From an uncultured Actinomycetota bacterium (GTDB lineage: Bacteria > Actinomycetota > Actinomycetes > Mycobacteriales > Micromonosporaceae): 64,000 bases of DNA. Both the position numbers and the translations under genes were made by a program. The notes under the pieces were generated by a model. That model saw only the letters and a list, made by a program, of their open reading frames with translations. It had not been told where the DNA came from and did no database searches. Of the stretch, positions 1 to 8,857 are shown one piece after another. How positions within the stretch are numbered: the stretch's first letter is position 1; every line of letters begins with the position of its first letter. The DNA is taken from contig CAWIXO010000028.1 of assembly GCA_963840005.1 (NCBI GenBank), positions 24,171 to 88,170 of the forward strand, given 5' to 3'.

Positions 1-291
1 GGTCCGGACACGCTGGACTTCCCCGACAACGTCACCACCAGCCCGCGCGGCACGCTGGTGGTCTGCGAGGACAACGTCGAGGACAACTATCTGCGTGGGC
101 TGACCCCGCGCGGCGAGCTGTTCGACATCGCGCTCAACCGGCTCACCTCGAGCACCGGCGCGTCCCGGAGCAACGACGAGTTCGCCGGCTCCACCTTCAG
201 CCCGGACGGGGAAACCCTGTTCGTCAACATCCAGGCGAGCGCCGGGATGTCGTTCGCAATCTGGGGAGACTGGCGCAAGATCGGCGTCTAG
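1..291 (+). CDS. PhoX/DUF839-family alkaline phosphatase, C-terminal part (truncated by window edge)
   Basis: Frame +1 reads ..FPDNVTTSPRGTLVVCED..EFAGSTFSPDGETLFVNIQ..SFAIWG, the typical PhoX beta-propeller C-terminus. Confidence 0.85.
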   Translation, partial: GPDTLDFPDNVTTSPRGTLVVCEDNVEDNYLRGLTPRGELFDIALNRLTSSTGASRSNDEFAGSTFSPDGETLFVNIQASAGMSFAIWGDWRKIGV

Positions 292-327
292 GGCCTGCGA
301 CGGGCGGCGGCTGGGTACGGTGGGATC

Positions 328-1977
328 GTGCTCGCCCAGGTCGCGACCTTCGCCGCCGCCCGTGCGCTCCGTCTCCCGCCGGCCGTGACCGGCAACGTGA
401 GCTACCGCCGACATCAGCGGGTACGCGCCAGTGACGGTGTCGTGCTGATGACCGACCACTACGCACCGGACGTGCCCGACGCCGGCACGGTCCTGGTCCG
501 CACGCCGTACGGGCGAGGCGGGCCGGTCACCCTGCTCGGGCGGTTCATCGCCGAGCGCGGGATGCACGCCGTGATCCAGTCCTGCCGGGGCACGTACGGT
601 TCGGGCGGCAGCTTCGAGCCGATGCTGCACGAGCGCACCGACGGCATCGACACGATCGACTGGCTTCGCCGGCAGCCCTGGTACAACGGACAGCTCGCGA
701 TGTTCGGCTCCAGCTACCAGGGCTTCGCCCAGTGGGCGGTGGCGCCCTACGCCGGCGACGAGCTCCGGGCGATGGTGCTGGTGTGCACGACCTCGTCGGC
801 CCGCGACTCCACGTACGCGGGTGAGGCGTTCTCCCTCGACACCGCGCTGACCTGGGCCGAGCTCCTCAGCGCGGAGGGCCAGCCGTTCTTCACCCGGCAG
901 CGCGAGCTCAAGCGCGGTCAGCCGAAGCTGGTGCGCGGGCTCGCGACCGTGCCACTGGACACCGCTGACCTGGTCGCGGTGGGCGCTCCGGTGCCGTTCT
1001 TCCAGGAGTGGCTGCGCGAGGTCGAGCCGGACGCGACGTACTGGGCGGACCGGCGGTTCGACGCCGGCGTGCCCGACGTGCGCGCGCCGATCGCGATGAT
1101 CACGGGCTGGCACGACATCTTCCTGCCGTCCCAGCTCCGCGACTACGCGGCGCTGAAAGCCGCGGGCGCCGACCCGTACCTGATGATCGGGCCGTGGACG
1201 CACGGCAGTCCCGGGTTGCTCGGCGCCTGGATGCGCGAAGGCCTGGCGTTCCTGTGCGAGCAGATGCCGCACGGCGCGGCCGCCAGGCGCACCCCGCCAA
1301 GGCCCGGCACCGTGCGCGTGCACGTGGCCAACGCGGGGTGGCGCGAGCTGGCCGAATGGCCGCCGCCCGGCCGGTCCGCGGAGGCCTTCCTGCACCCCGA
1401 CGGCGGCCTGGGCGCGGAGCCCGGCGTCGGTGAGCCGTCCCGGTTCTACTACGACCCGACCGACCCGACGCCGTCGATCGGTGGCGCGGTGCTGACCGCC
1501 AACAAGGCCGGCCGGGTCGACAACCGGGCCGTGGAGAGCCGTCCCGACGTGCTGGTCTTCACCGGCGAGCCGATGGAAGCACCGCTCGACCTGGTCGGCG
1601 AGGTCTCGGCCACGATCTACACCCACGGCGAGCCGGAGTTCTTCGACGTCTTCGTACGACTGTGTGATGTGGACCCCCGCGGCCGGTCCTGGAACATCTG
1701 CGACGGACTGGTCCGACTCGTGCCGGGGCGGTTCCCGCGGGACACCGACGGGGTGACCGAGGTCCGGGTGCCGATGTACCCGACCGCGTACCGGCTCGCG
1801 CCCGGCCACCGGCTGCGGGTGCAGGTGGCGGGCGGAGCGCACCCACGGTGGGCCCGCAACCCCGGCACCGGGGAGCCGCTCGGCAGTGCGGTGGGGCTGC
1901 GCGGCGGGCAGCGCTGGGTGTTCCACGACGAGGCCCGGCCGTCGGCCGTGCGGTTCACCGTCGCTGGCCGCCACTGA
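328..1977 (+). CDS. CocE/NonD family hydrolase (peptidase S15-like)
   Basis: RTPYGR, QSCRG..GSGG, nucleophile motif GSSYQG, GWHD, GPWTH, C-terminal PepX_C-like region; TACGGT -10-like hexamer 6 nt before the GTG. Confidence 0.9.
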   Translation: MLAQVATFAAARALRLPPAVTGNVSYRRHQRVRASDGVVLMTDHYAPDVPDAGTVLVRTPYGRGGPVTLLGRFIAERGMHAVIQSCRGTYGSGGSFEPMLHERTDGIDTIDWLRRQPWYNGQLAMFGSSYQGFAQWAVAPYAGDELRAMVLVCTTSSARDSTYAGEAFSLDTALTWAELLSAEGQPFFTRQRELKRGQPKLVRGLATVPLDTADLVAVGAPVPFFQEWLREVEPDATYWADRRFDAGVPDVRAPIAMITGWHDIFLPSQLRDYAALKAAGADPYLMIGPWTHGSPGLLGAWMREGLAFLCEQMPHGAAARRTPPRPGTVRVHVANAGWRELAEWPPPGRSAEAFLHPDGGLGAEPGVGEPSRFYYDPTDPTPSIGGAVLTANKAGRVDNRAVESRPDVLVFTGEPMEAPLDLVGEVSATIYTHGEPEFFDVFVRLCDVDPRGRSWNICDGLVRLVPGRFPRDTDGVTEVRVPMYPTAYRLAPGHRLRVQVAGGAHPRWARNPGTGEPLGSAVGLRGGQRWVFHDEARPSAVRFTVAGRH

Positions 1978-2113
1978 CTCGGACAAAGAGGATATAAGCG
2001 ACTATCTTTCGCGAATTCCTCTCTTTTCCCACCGACCCCATTTCCGGCAAATAGCCTGAATTGGCCGATGGCGGCGTGGATCGCCATCGGCCTGGTCGGA
2101 AGGGGGACCGACG

Positions 2114-3211
2114 ATGAAACCTGCTCTGACGCGTGCGCTGGTGGCCGGCGTGCTGGCCGGTGCGGCCGCGGTCGCCCTGCTGCCCGGCGTCGCCGCCGCG
2201 GCTCCGACCGCCACCGTGGTCGCCGGCGGGCCGCTCAACCTCCGCAATGGACCCTCCACGGTGGATACGCGGGCCGGGTCGGTCGCCGACGGGAGCAAGG
2301 TGACGGCGGTCTGCCAGGAGTTCGGCGAGCAGATCAAGGGTACGCAGCGCGCCACGCCGTACTGGGACCGGTTGTCCAACGGGAAGTACGTCGCGGACGG
2401 TTACCTGCGCTGGTCGCCGTCGCGCCCGTGGCTGCCCTGGTGCACGCCGAAGGGTGCCAGCGTCTCCACGGTCAGCACCGGCGGCGGCAAGGTCAACGTC
2501 CGGTCCGCCGCGAACACGAACAAGGCCCCGATCGGCACCTTGCCCAACGGCAGCGGCCTGGCGATCAACTGCCAGGTCTGGGGCCAGCGGGTGGTCGGGC
2601 ACGCCCGGACCACCAACGCCTGGGACCGGCTGACCGACGGCCGGTACGTCTCGGACGCGCTGGTCGCGTACAGCAAGGGCATGCCGAACCTGCCCTGGTG
2701 CGGCCAGGCGCCGCCCACGGTGCCGGCGGCGGGCGCGGCGCAGTTCCTCGCCCGCGTCGCCGAGCCGGCCCGGCTGGGGTTCCAGAAATACAAGGTGCCG
2801 GCGTCGGTGACGATCGCGCAGTCGATCCTCGAGTCCGGCTGGGGCCGCTCGTACCTGACCCGGCGCGACCACAGCTACTTCGGCATCAAGTGCTTCGGCA
2901 ACCCGGGGACGATCGCGCTGGGCTGCCGCTCGTACGCGACGCAGGAGTGCGAGGGCAACAGCTGCTACGACACCTCGGCGTCCTTCCGGGCGTACCGGAA
3001 CGCGACGGCGTCGTTCGCCGACCACGGCTACTTCCTGACCGTGAACGACCGCTACAAGCCCGCGTTCAAGTACAGCAACAACCCGAACCAGTTCGCCAAG
3101 GAGATCCACAAGGCCGGGTACGCGACGTCTCCCTCGTACGCCAACGACCTGATCCAGATCATGAAGGCGTACAACCTCTACAAGTACGACCCGCCGGCCA
3201 AGAAGCTCTAG
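2114..3211 (+). CDS. gsmA: Secreted GH73 glucosaminidase with two SH3b domains, GsmA-like cell wall hydrolase
   Basis: Signal peptide, two LN/VNxRxxP..YVxD SH3b repeats, AQSILESGWG, YFGIK, FRAY, AGYATSPSY; architecture matches Actinoplanes GsmA. Confidence 0.75.
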   Translation: MKPALTRALVAGVLAGAAAVALLPGVAAAAPTATVVAGGPLNLRNGPSTVDTRAGSVADGSKVTAVCQEFGEQIKGTQRATPYWDRLSNGKYVADGYLRWSPSRPWLPWCTPKGASVSTVSTGGGKVNVRSAANTNKAPIGTLPNGSGLAINCQVWGQRVVGHARTTNAWDRLTDGRYVSDALVAYSKGMPNLPWCGQAPPTVPAAGAAQFLARVAEPARLGFQKYKVPASVTIAQSILESGWGRSYLTRRDHSYFGIKCFGNPGTIALGCRSYATQECEGNSCYDTSASFRAYRNATASFADHGYFLTVNDRYKPAFKYSNNPNQFAKEIHKAGYATSPSYANDLIQIMKAYNLYKYDPPAKKL

Positions 3212-4269
3212 TGGTGGCGGGTGGTGTCGCGGACCCGGTGTTGTTTGAGCCGGGCCCGCTCCACCGCCGCCTTACGGGCCTCGCGGCGACGCGTCTCGTA
3301 GGCGACCTCTCGGCTCAGCCGCTGCCAGCTCTCCCAGCGGCGCGGGCTGAGGTCGCCGGACTCGAGCGCGGCGCGGACCGCGCAGGCGGGCTCGGCCTGA
3401 TGGGTGCAGTCGGCGAACCGACAGGCGGCGACGAGCTCGGCGACATCGGCGAACGCCCGGTCGAGACCCTCGGCGCCCTCCAGCAGACCGACCTGGCGCA
3501 TGCCGGGGGTGTCCAGCACGGCGCCGCCACCGGGGATCGGGATCAGCGCCCGGTAGGTGGTCATGTGCCGGCCCTTGCCGTCGCTCTCGCGTACCGCCCG
3601 GGTGCCCATCACGGCCGCTCCGGCCAGCGCGTTGACCAGCGTCGACTTGCCGGCGCCGGACGGACCGAGCAGGCCGAGCGTGCGGCCGGGCGCGACCAGC
3701 GGGCGGACCAGGTCGAGGCCCGTGCCGAGCTTGGCGCTGACCGTCAGCACCTCGACGCCGGGTGCTGACCGGGCCAGGTCGTCGGCCACCGCCGCCGGGT
3801 CGGGCACGGCGTCGCACTTCGTGAGCAGGACCAGTGGGCGGGCGCCGGAGTCCCAGGCGAGCGCGAGCAGCCGCTCGATGCGGGCCACATCGGGCGACGG
3901 GTCGAGCGGCTCGACCACCGCGGCGGTGTCGAGATTGGCCGCCAGCACCTGGGCGGACGAGTCCTTGTCGGCGGTGCGCCGGATGATCGCCGTGCGCCGG
4001 GGCAGCACCGCCTCGATGGTGACCCGGTCGTCGGGCCAGGTGCGGACCAGCACCCAGTCGCCCGCGCAGGGCAGCCGCGCCACGTCACGGGACGCGGCGG
4101 CGAGCACCGCGCCGGCCAGGCTGGCGCGCACCGGACCGTCGGCGCCCAGCACGGTGCAGACGCCGCGGTCGACCCGGGCCACCCGGCCCGGCACCACGTC
4201 GGCGTCGAACGCCGGCAGGCCGGCGGAGTACGCGGCGTCCCAACCGAGGGACGCGAGATCAAAGGTCAT
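3208..4269 (-). CDS. rsgA: Ribosome small subunit-dependent GTPase A
   Basis: Circularly permuted GTPase (TKCD, GPSGAGKST, DTPG) and C-terminal CRFADCTHQAEPAC zinc finger. Confidence 0.93.
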   Translation of the reverse strand: MTFDLASLGWDAAYSAGLPAFDADVVPGRVARVDRGVCTVLGADGPVRASLAGAVLAAASRDVARLPCAGDWVLVRTWPDDRVTIEAVLPRRTAIIRRTADKDSSAQVLAANLDTAAVVEPLDPSPDVARIERLLALAWDSGARPLVLLTKCDAVPDPAAVADDLARSAPGVEVLTVSAKLGTGLDLVRPLVAPGRTLGLLGPSGAGKSTLVNALAGAAVMGTRAVRESDGKGRHMTTYRALIPIPGGGAVLDTPGMRQVGLLEGAEGLDRAFADVAELVAACRFADCTHQAEPACAVRAALESGDLSPRRWESWQRLSREVAYETRRREARKAAVERARLKQHRVRDTTRHH

Positions 4270-4379
4270 GGGTGCCTTTCGTTGTTGGCATCGACGGTAG
4301 GCCGCGCCCGGTGGGGCCGAAACCGAATTCCGGTCGGGGCACGGCTAGGGTTTGACCTGCGAGGCAAAAGGGGGCTGCT

Positions 4380-5078
4380 GTGAGCACCGATCCGCTGGCA
4401 CTGATGGCGGAGGTCGACCGCGCGACCGAGCGCTTGATCGCGACGGCCGCCGGGCTCGACGACGCCGCCGTCGCGGCGCCCTCCGCCCTGCCCGGTTGGA
4501 CCCGCGGGCACGTGCTGGCCCACGTCGCCCGCAACGCCGACGGCCTCCGCAACCTGTTGACCTGGGCACACACCGGTGTGGTCACCCCGCAGTACCAGCC
4601 CGGCCAGCGCGTGGCCGACATCGACCGCGACTTCGACCGCCCGGCCGCGGTGCACGTCGCCGACCTGCGTTCGTCCGCACAGGCGTACGCCGAGGCGGCC
4701 GAGGCACTCTCCCCGGACCAGTGGTCGATCATCCTCGACGTGCCCGGCCAGCCGCAGGCGGCCGCGTTCGGCGTCTGGCGCCGGCTGCGCGAGGTCGAGG
4801 TGCACCACGTCGACCTGGCCGCCGGCTACGGTCACGACGACTGGCCGGACGCCTTCAGCCACCGCCTGCTGCACGAGGTGGTCAAGGGTCTGGACGACAC
4901 GACCCCGCTGGTGCTCCGGCCCGCCGACACCGGCCACCCGCTCGAGGTGGGCACCGGCGGCCCGGTCGTATCCGGCTCCGCCCGCACCCTCGCCGCGTGG
5001 CTCACCGGCCGATCCACCGGCGCCGGCCTCACCGTCGCGCCCGAGGGTCCGCTGCCGGCCCCGCCCGCCTGGATGTAA
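4380..5078 (+). CDS. Mycothiol-dependent maleylpyruvate isomerase family (MDMPI/DinB-like) protein
   Basis: PSALPGWTRGHVLAHVARNAD and REVEVHHVDL motifs. Confidence 0.88.
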   Translation: MSTDPLALMAEVDRATERLIATAAGLDDAAVAAPSALPGWTRGHVLAHVARNADGLRNLLTWAHTGVVTPQYQPGQRVADIDRDFDRPAAVHVADLRSSAQAYAEAAEALSPDQWSIILDVPGQPQAAAFGVWRRLREVEVHHVDLAAGYGHDDWPDAFSHRLLHEVVKGLDDTTPLVLRPADTGHPLEVGTGGPVVSGSARTLAAWLTGRSTGAGLTVAPEGPLPAPPAWM

Positions 5079-5109
5079 CCCGCCCACCCGCGCCCTAGGA
5101 GATCCCGCC

Positions 5110-5766
5110 ATGTCGTCGTACACCGGAAACGTCGAGACCGGCGGTGCGCCGGACGTCCGGGACCTGCCCGGCCTGCGTATCAGCAAGCTCTCGGTCGGCC
5201 CGATGGACAACAACGCGTACCTGCTCGAATGTCTGTCCAATGGAGACCTGCTGCTGATCGACGCCGCCAACGAGGCGCCGCGGTTGCTCGAGCTGGTCGG
5301 CGATCGCACACTGTCCACCGTGGTCACCACGCACCAGCACATGGACCACTGGGTGGCGCTCGAAGAGGTCGTCGCGGCGACCGGCGCCCGCGCGCTGGCG
5401 CACCCCGACGACGCCGAGGGCCTGCCCATCCCGACCTCGCCGGTGGTCGACGGCGACCGGATCCCGATCGGCGACTGCGAGATCGAGGTCATCCACCTCG
5501 TCGGCCACACGCCCGGCTCGATCGCCCTGCTCTACCGCGACCCGGCGGGCACGCCTCACCTCTGGACGGGCGACAGCCTCTTCCCGGGCGGCGTCGGAAA
5601 CACGCACGACGACCCGCAGGCGTTCGCGTCCCTGATCGACGACGTGCAGCACAAGCTCTTCGACGCGCTGCCGGACGAGACGTGGTTCTACCCGGGCCAC
5701 GGCAAGGACTCGACCCTGGGCGCCGAGCGCCCGTCCGTGGCCGAATGGCGCGCCCGCGGCTGGTGA
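5110..5766 (+). CDS. MBL-fold metallo-hydrolase (glyoxalase II-like)
   Basis: THQHMDH, GHTPGS, GDSLFPGG, PGHG; start reassigned to ATG 5110 after AGGA. Confidence 0.9.
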   Translation: MSSYTGNVETGGAPDVRDLPGLRISKLSVGPMDNNAYLLECLSNGDLLLIDAANEAPRLLELVGDRTLSTVVTTHQHMDHWVALEEVVAATGARALAHPDDAEGLPIPTSPVVDGDRIPIGDCEIEVIHLVGHTPGSIALLYRDPAGTPHLWTGDSLFPGGVGNTHDDPQAFASLIDDVQHKLFDALPDETWFYPGHGKDSTLGAERPSVAEWRARGW

Positions 5767-5771
5767 CGACG

Positions 5772-5798
5772 GGGCGCCACCCGGCCCGGGTGGCGCCC
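5772..5798. terminator. GC hairpin between convergent genes
   Basis: GGGCGCCACCCG-gcc-CGGGTGGCGCCC, 12-bp perfect stem. Confidence 0.65.
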
Positions 5799-5808
5799 AT
5801 CGATCACC

Positions 5809-6321
5809 TCAGCTCGCCGGCCGCAGGCAGACGGCCCAGACGGTCCCCTGCCCCACCTCGTCGGTCGCGTTGGTGAAACTCGCCCGCCAGGCGACCAGGG
5901 CGCCGGCCGGGTTCACCACGGGCGCGCTGGCGTACACGGTCAGGTCGCCGCGGTCGATCTCGAACCCGCCGCCGGTCAGGGTGGTCCCGTCCGGGCAGAA
6001 GGCGAGGAGCGACTCGTCGGAGGTGTTCGCCGGGATGGGGGTCGTCTCCGCGATGACGCCGGGAGTGCCGGGCGAGCCGGCCGGGCCTTGCGGGCCGCGG
6101 GGTCCCCTGACGTTCCACCTCACGCTCTGCTCCCACCGGTCGCAGCCGCGGCCGCCACTGGGTATGCGCACGTCCCCGGTCTTCCGGTTGACGCAGGCGT
6201 TGATGACGGACGACCCCTCCGGTTCGGCCCGGGCGAGGCTGCCGAAGGCCAACAGCACCGCGGCGGCCAGTCCGGTCGCGGCCAGGGCGCGCTCGACCCG
6301 GCGTCGGGTTGGAGATTTCAC
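5809..6321 (-). CDS. Secreted hypothetical protein with short collagen-like G-X-Y stretch
   Basis: GGAG RBS then GTG at 6321; signal peptide; INACV..GC..W then GPRGPQGPAGSPGTPG; C-terminal CPDG..TGGG..WAVC. Confidence 0.7.
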   Translation of the reverse strand: MKSPTRRRVERALAATGLAAAVLLAFGSLARAEPEGSSVINACVNRKTGDVRIPSGGRGCDRWEQSVRWNVRGPRGPQGPAGSPGTPGVIAETTPIPANTSDESLLAFCPDGTTLTGGGFEIDRGDLTVYASAPVVNPAGALVAWRASFTNATDEVGQGTVWAVCLRPAS

Positions 6322-6416
6322 GTTCGCTCCTCGATGACGTTGAGGTCCCCCGTATGGGAGCTCAAGCCGGTTATATCGAGGAGCGGACGGCGCGCTAGGT
6401 CGCCACTCCGTGACGG

Positions 6417-6869
6417 TCAGTGTTCGTCGTAGTGGCCCTCGTGAGCCGCGTGGCGGTGGTCCTCGTGGAGGTAGTCGACGTGGTCGCCGTGTGCGACTGA
6501 CGGGTGGCCGCAACCGTCGCCGTGTACGTGGGTGTGCGACTCCGCCTCGACGTGGTCCTTGACCGAGCATTCGTCGTAGTGGTCGCCGTGCTTGGTGTGC
6601 GCGTGGCCGTCGTGCAGGTAGTCGGTGTGCCCGTCGTGCTTCAGGCCGATGTGGCCGCAGTCCTTGCCGTGCTGGTGCTGGTGGCCTTCGGTGTTCGCGT
6701 GCGCGTCGGCGTCGCACTCGTCGTAGTGACCGTCGTGCGAGTGGTGGCGGTGGCCGTCGTGCAGGTAGTCGATGTGGCCCACGTGCTCGAACGCCTCGTG
6801 GCCGCAGTCGATGCCGTGGATGTGCTCGTGGGTCTTGAGGTGCGCGTGGTGCGCGGTGTCTGTCGACAT
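6417..6869 (-). CDS. His-rich three-repeat putative metal-binding protein
   Basis: 150 aa with 40 His; three copies of HxHxHGxxCGH..HxxHxDYLHxxHxHxxHxxHYDE; GGAG RBS. Confidence 0.8.
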   Translation of the reverse strand: MSTDTAHHAHLKTHEHIHGIDCGHEAFEHVGHIDYLHDGHRHHSHDGHYDECDADAHANTEGHQHQHGKDCGHIGLKHDGHTDYLHDGHAHTKHGDHYDECSVKDHVEAESHTHVHGDGCGHPSVAHGDHVDYLHEDHRHAAHEGHYDEH

Positions 6870-6967
6870 GGCTCCACCCCCCGTTTACAAGGTGTCCCGT
6901 ACGCGGCAATTATCCCACCTGGCAGCCCGGCCGCCGCCGGACTTCGCCCGAAGGCCAAGATCAGAGC

Positions 6968-7513
6968 ATGGAGTTCCTCTGCTACCACCGCGACCGGCCC
7001 GGCTCGATGACCCTGCGTAACGAGCTGGTGGAACGGCATTGGTCCTACATGGACGGTTATGCCGCGGAGATGATCGCCCGCGGCCCGACCCTCACCGACG
7101 ACGGCGAGACCGCCACCGGCAGTGTGCACATCCTCGACCTGCCCGATCCCGCCGCCGCCCGGGCGTTCGCCTTCGACGAGCCCAACTACCAGGCCGGGGT
7201 CTACCGGGATGTGCTGCTCCGCCGGTGGCGCAATACGCTGGGCCGCACCATGTGGGACTTCCCCGGCGGCCTGACCGAGGACACCTGCTATCTGGTGTTC
7301 GGCTTCGGCGCGGGCCCGGCCGCGGACCTCGACGCGCCGGCCGACCAGGACCTCATCGCGTACGGGCCGCTGCTCTCCGACGACGGCACCACCTGGCTGG
7401 GCACGGCGGCGCTGGTCCGGGCGCCGGACGCGGACACCGCACGCGCCGTGCTGACCGCGGACCGTTACGCCGCCGTCGAGGTCCACAACTGGACCTTCGG
7501 CGGCCGGCGCTAA
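6968..7513 (+). CDS. YciI family protein (tandem YCII domains)
   Basis: HWSYMD..ARGPTL..TGS..DEP.YQAGVY and a second GPLLSDDG repeat. Confidence 0.85.
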   Translation: MEFLCYHRDRPGSMTLRNELVERHWSYMDGYAAEMIARGPTLTDDGETATGSVHILDLPDPAAARAFAFDEPNYQAGVYRDVLLRRWRNTLGRTMWDFPGGLTEDTCYLVFGFGAGPAADLDAPADQDLIAYGPLLSDDGTTWLGTAALVRAPDADTARAVLTADRYAAVEVHNWTFGGRR

Positions 7514-8271
7514 GCCAGCACAGCGCCGCCGGCGACGTCGACGATGATGCCCGTGATCCAGCTCGAGCTGTCCGAGGCCAGGAAGAGCGCGGTCGCGGCG
7601 ACGTCGTCGGGCGTGCCGAGACGGCGCAACGGGTGTGCCTCGGCCAGCGCGCGCTGCGTGTCCGCCGGGATCCAGCCCTGGTTGGTCTCGGTCATGATGG
7701 TCTCGGGCGCGATGCAGTTGGCCCGGATGCCGAACGGACCGACCTGCGCGGCCAGGTCCTGGGTGAAGAGCTGGACACCGGCTTTCGCCACGGCGTACGC
7801 CACGATGGTGCGCTCGCTGGGCTTGCGACCCGCGGCCGACGACAGCGTGATGATGTTCCCGGCGCGGCGTTGCTTCATGCCCGGCAGGAACCGCCGCACG
7901 GTGAGAAAGGTGCCGGTCAGGTTCTGGTCGATGTCGGCGCGCCAGCTCTCCTCCGTGATGTCCTCGATGGGCGCCGGCTGGCTGGTGGTGTTGCCGGCGT
8001 TGGCGACCAGGATGTCGACCCGGCCGTGCCGCTCGACGATCTGGTCGTGCATCCGGTCGAGATCGGCAGCGACTGTGACGTCGCCGGTCACCACCAGGAC
8101 GTCACCGCCGATCCGCTCCCGCACGGAGGCCAGCGCCGCCGCGGACCGCCCGTGCAGCACGACCTCGGCCCCCGCCTCGGCGAAGGTCGACGCGATCGCC
8201 GCGCCGATCCCGCGTGAGCTGCCGGTCACCAGAGCCACCTGACCCGTGAGATTCGCTGTCCGCATACCCAC
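7510..8271 (-). CDS. SDR family NAD(P)-dependent oxidoreductase
   Basis: TGSSRGIG, ANAG, YAVAK catalytic motif. Confidence 0.92.
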   Translation of the reverse strand: MGMRTANLTGQVALVTGSSRGIGAAIASTFAEAGAEVVLHGRSAAALASVRERIGGDVLVVTGDVTVAADLDRMHDQIVERHGRVDILVANAGNTTSQPAPIEDITEESWRADIDQNLTGTFLTVRRFLPGMKQRRAGNIITLSSAAGRKPSERTIVAYAVAKAGVQLFTQDLAAQVGPFGIRANCIAPETIMTETNQGWIPADTQRALAEAHPLRRLGTPDDVAATALFLASDSSSWITGIIVDVAGGAVLA

Positions 8272-8391
8272 AGCCTCCGCGCCCTCAGCAGCGCCGCCGT
8301 CGGCCGAAAGGCGGCATCAGGTGTACGCAAATCCGCGTACGCCCAGGCCGCGTCCTGCCTCGGCCGAACCGCGATGATCGGCCGGACAGCC

Positions 8392-8778
8392 CTAAGCCGT
8401 GAAGGACTCTGGGCCGAAGCGGCCCCAGGCGATGAACGCCGCGAGGGCGAGGTAGGTCACGTTCAGCAGGACGAACCGGTCGAGGCCGCCGTGTCGGACG
8501 TGGGTGATCATCGCGCCGATCATCAGTAGGACCCAGCACACGGCCGTGACCGGCACCATGACCGGGGCGATGTCGACGACGGCGGGCAGGATCAGGCCGA
8601 CCGCGGCCAGGATCTCGAGCACTCCCAGCGTCTTGACGAAGGGGACGCTGGCGTCCCTGGTCCACTGCCCGCCGGGGGCCTCGGCCAGTTTCGCCTTGGG
8701 CACGAAGGCCTTGCTGATGCCGCCGACCAGGGCGACAGCGGCGAGCAGTCCGGACGCGATCCACAGTGTCGTGTTCAT
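8392..8778 (-). CDS. DoxX family membrane protein
   Basis: MNTTLWIASGLLA..GVLEILAAVGLILP..MIGAMITH; GAGGAG RBS. Confidence 0.85.
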   Translation of the reverse strand: MNTTLWIASGLLAAVALVGGISKAFVPKAKLAEAPGGQWTRDASVPFVKTLGVLEILAAVGLILPAVVDIAPVMVPVTAVCWVLLMIGAMITHVRHGGLDRFVLLNVTYLALAAFIAWGRFGPESFTA

Positions 8779-8816
8779 GATGCTCTCCTCGTGTCTTTGA
8801 CGCTTCTCGGCATCAA

Positions 8817-8843
8817 GACACCGGGTGCCGGGTCGGCGTGACG
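8817..8843 (-). promoter_or_regulatory. Putative ECF41 (SigJ-type) promoter upstream of doxX
   Basis: Minus strand CGTCACG-N16-TGTC versus ECF41 consensus TGTCACA-N16-CGTC. Confidence 0.4.
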
Positions 8844-8857
8844 TCGCATGAGCCCGG

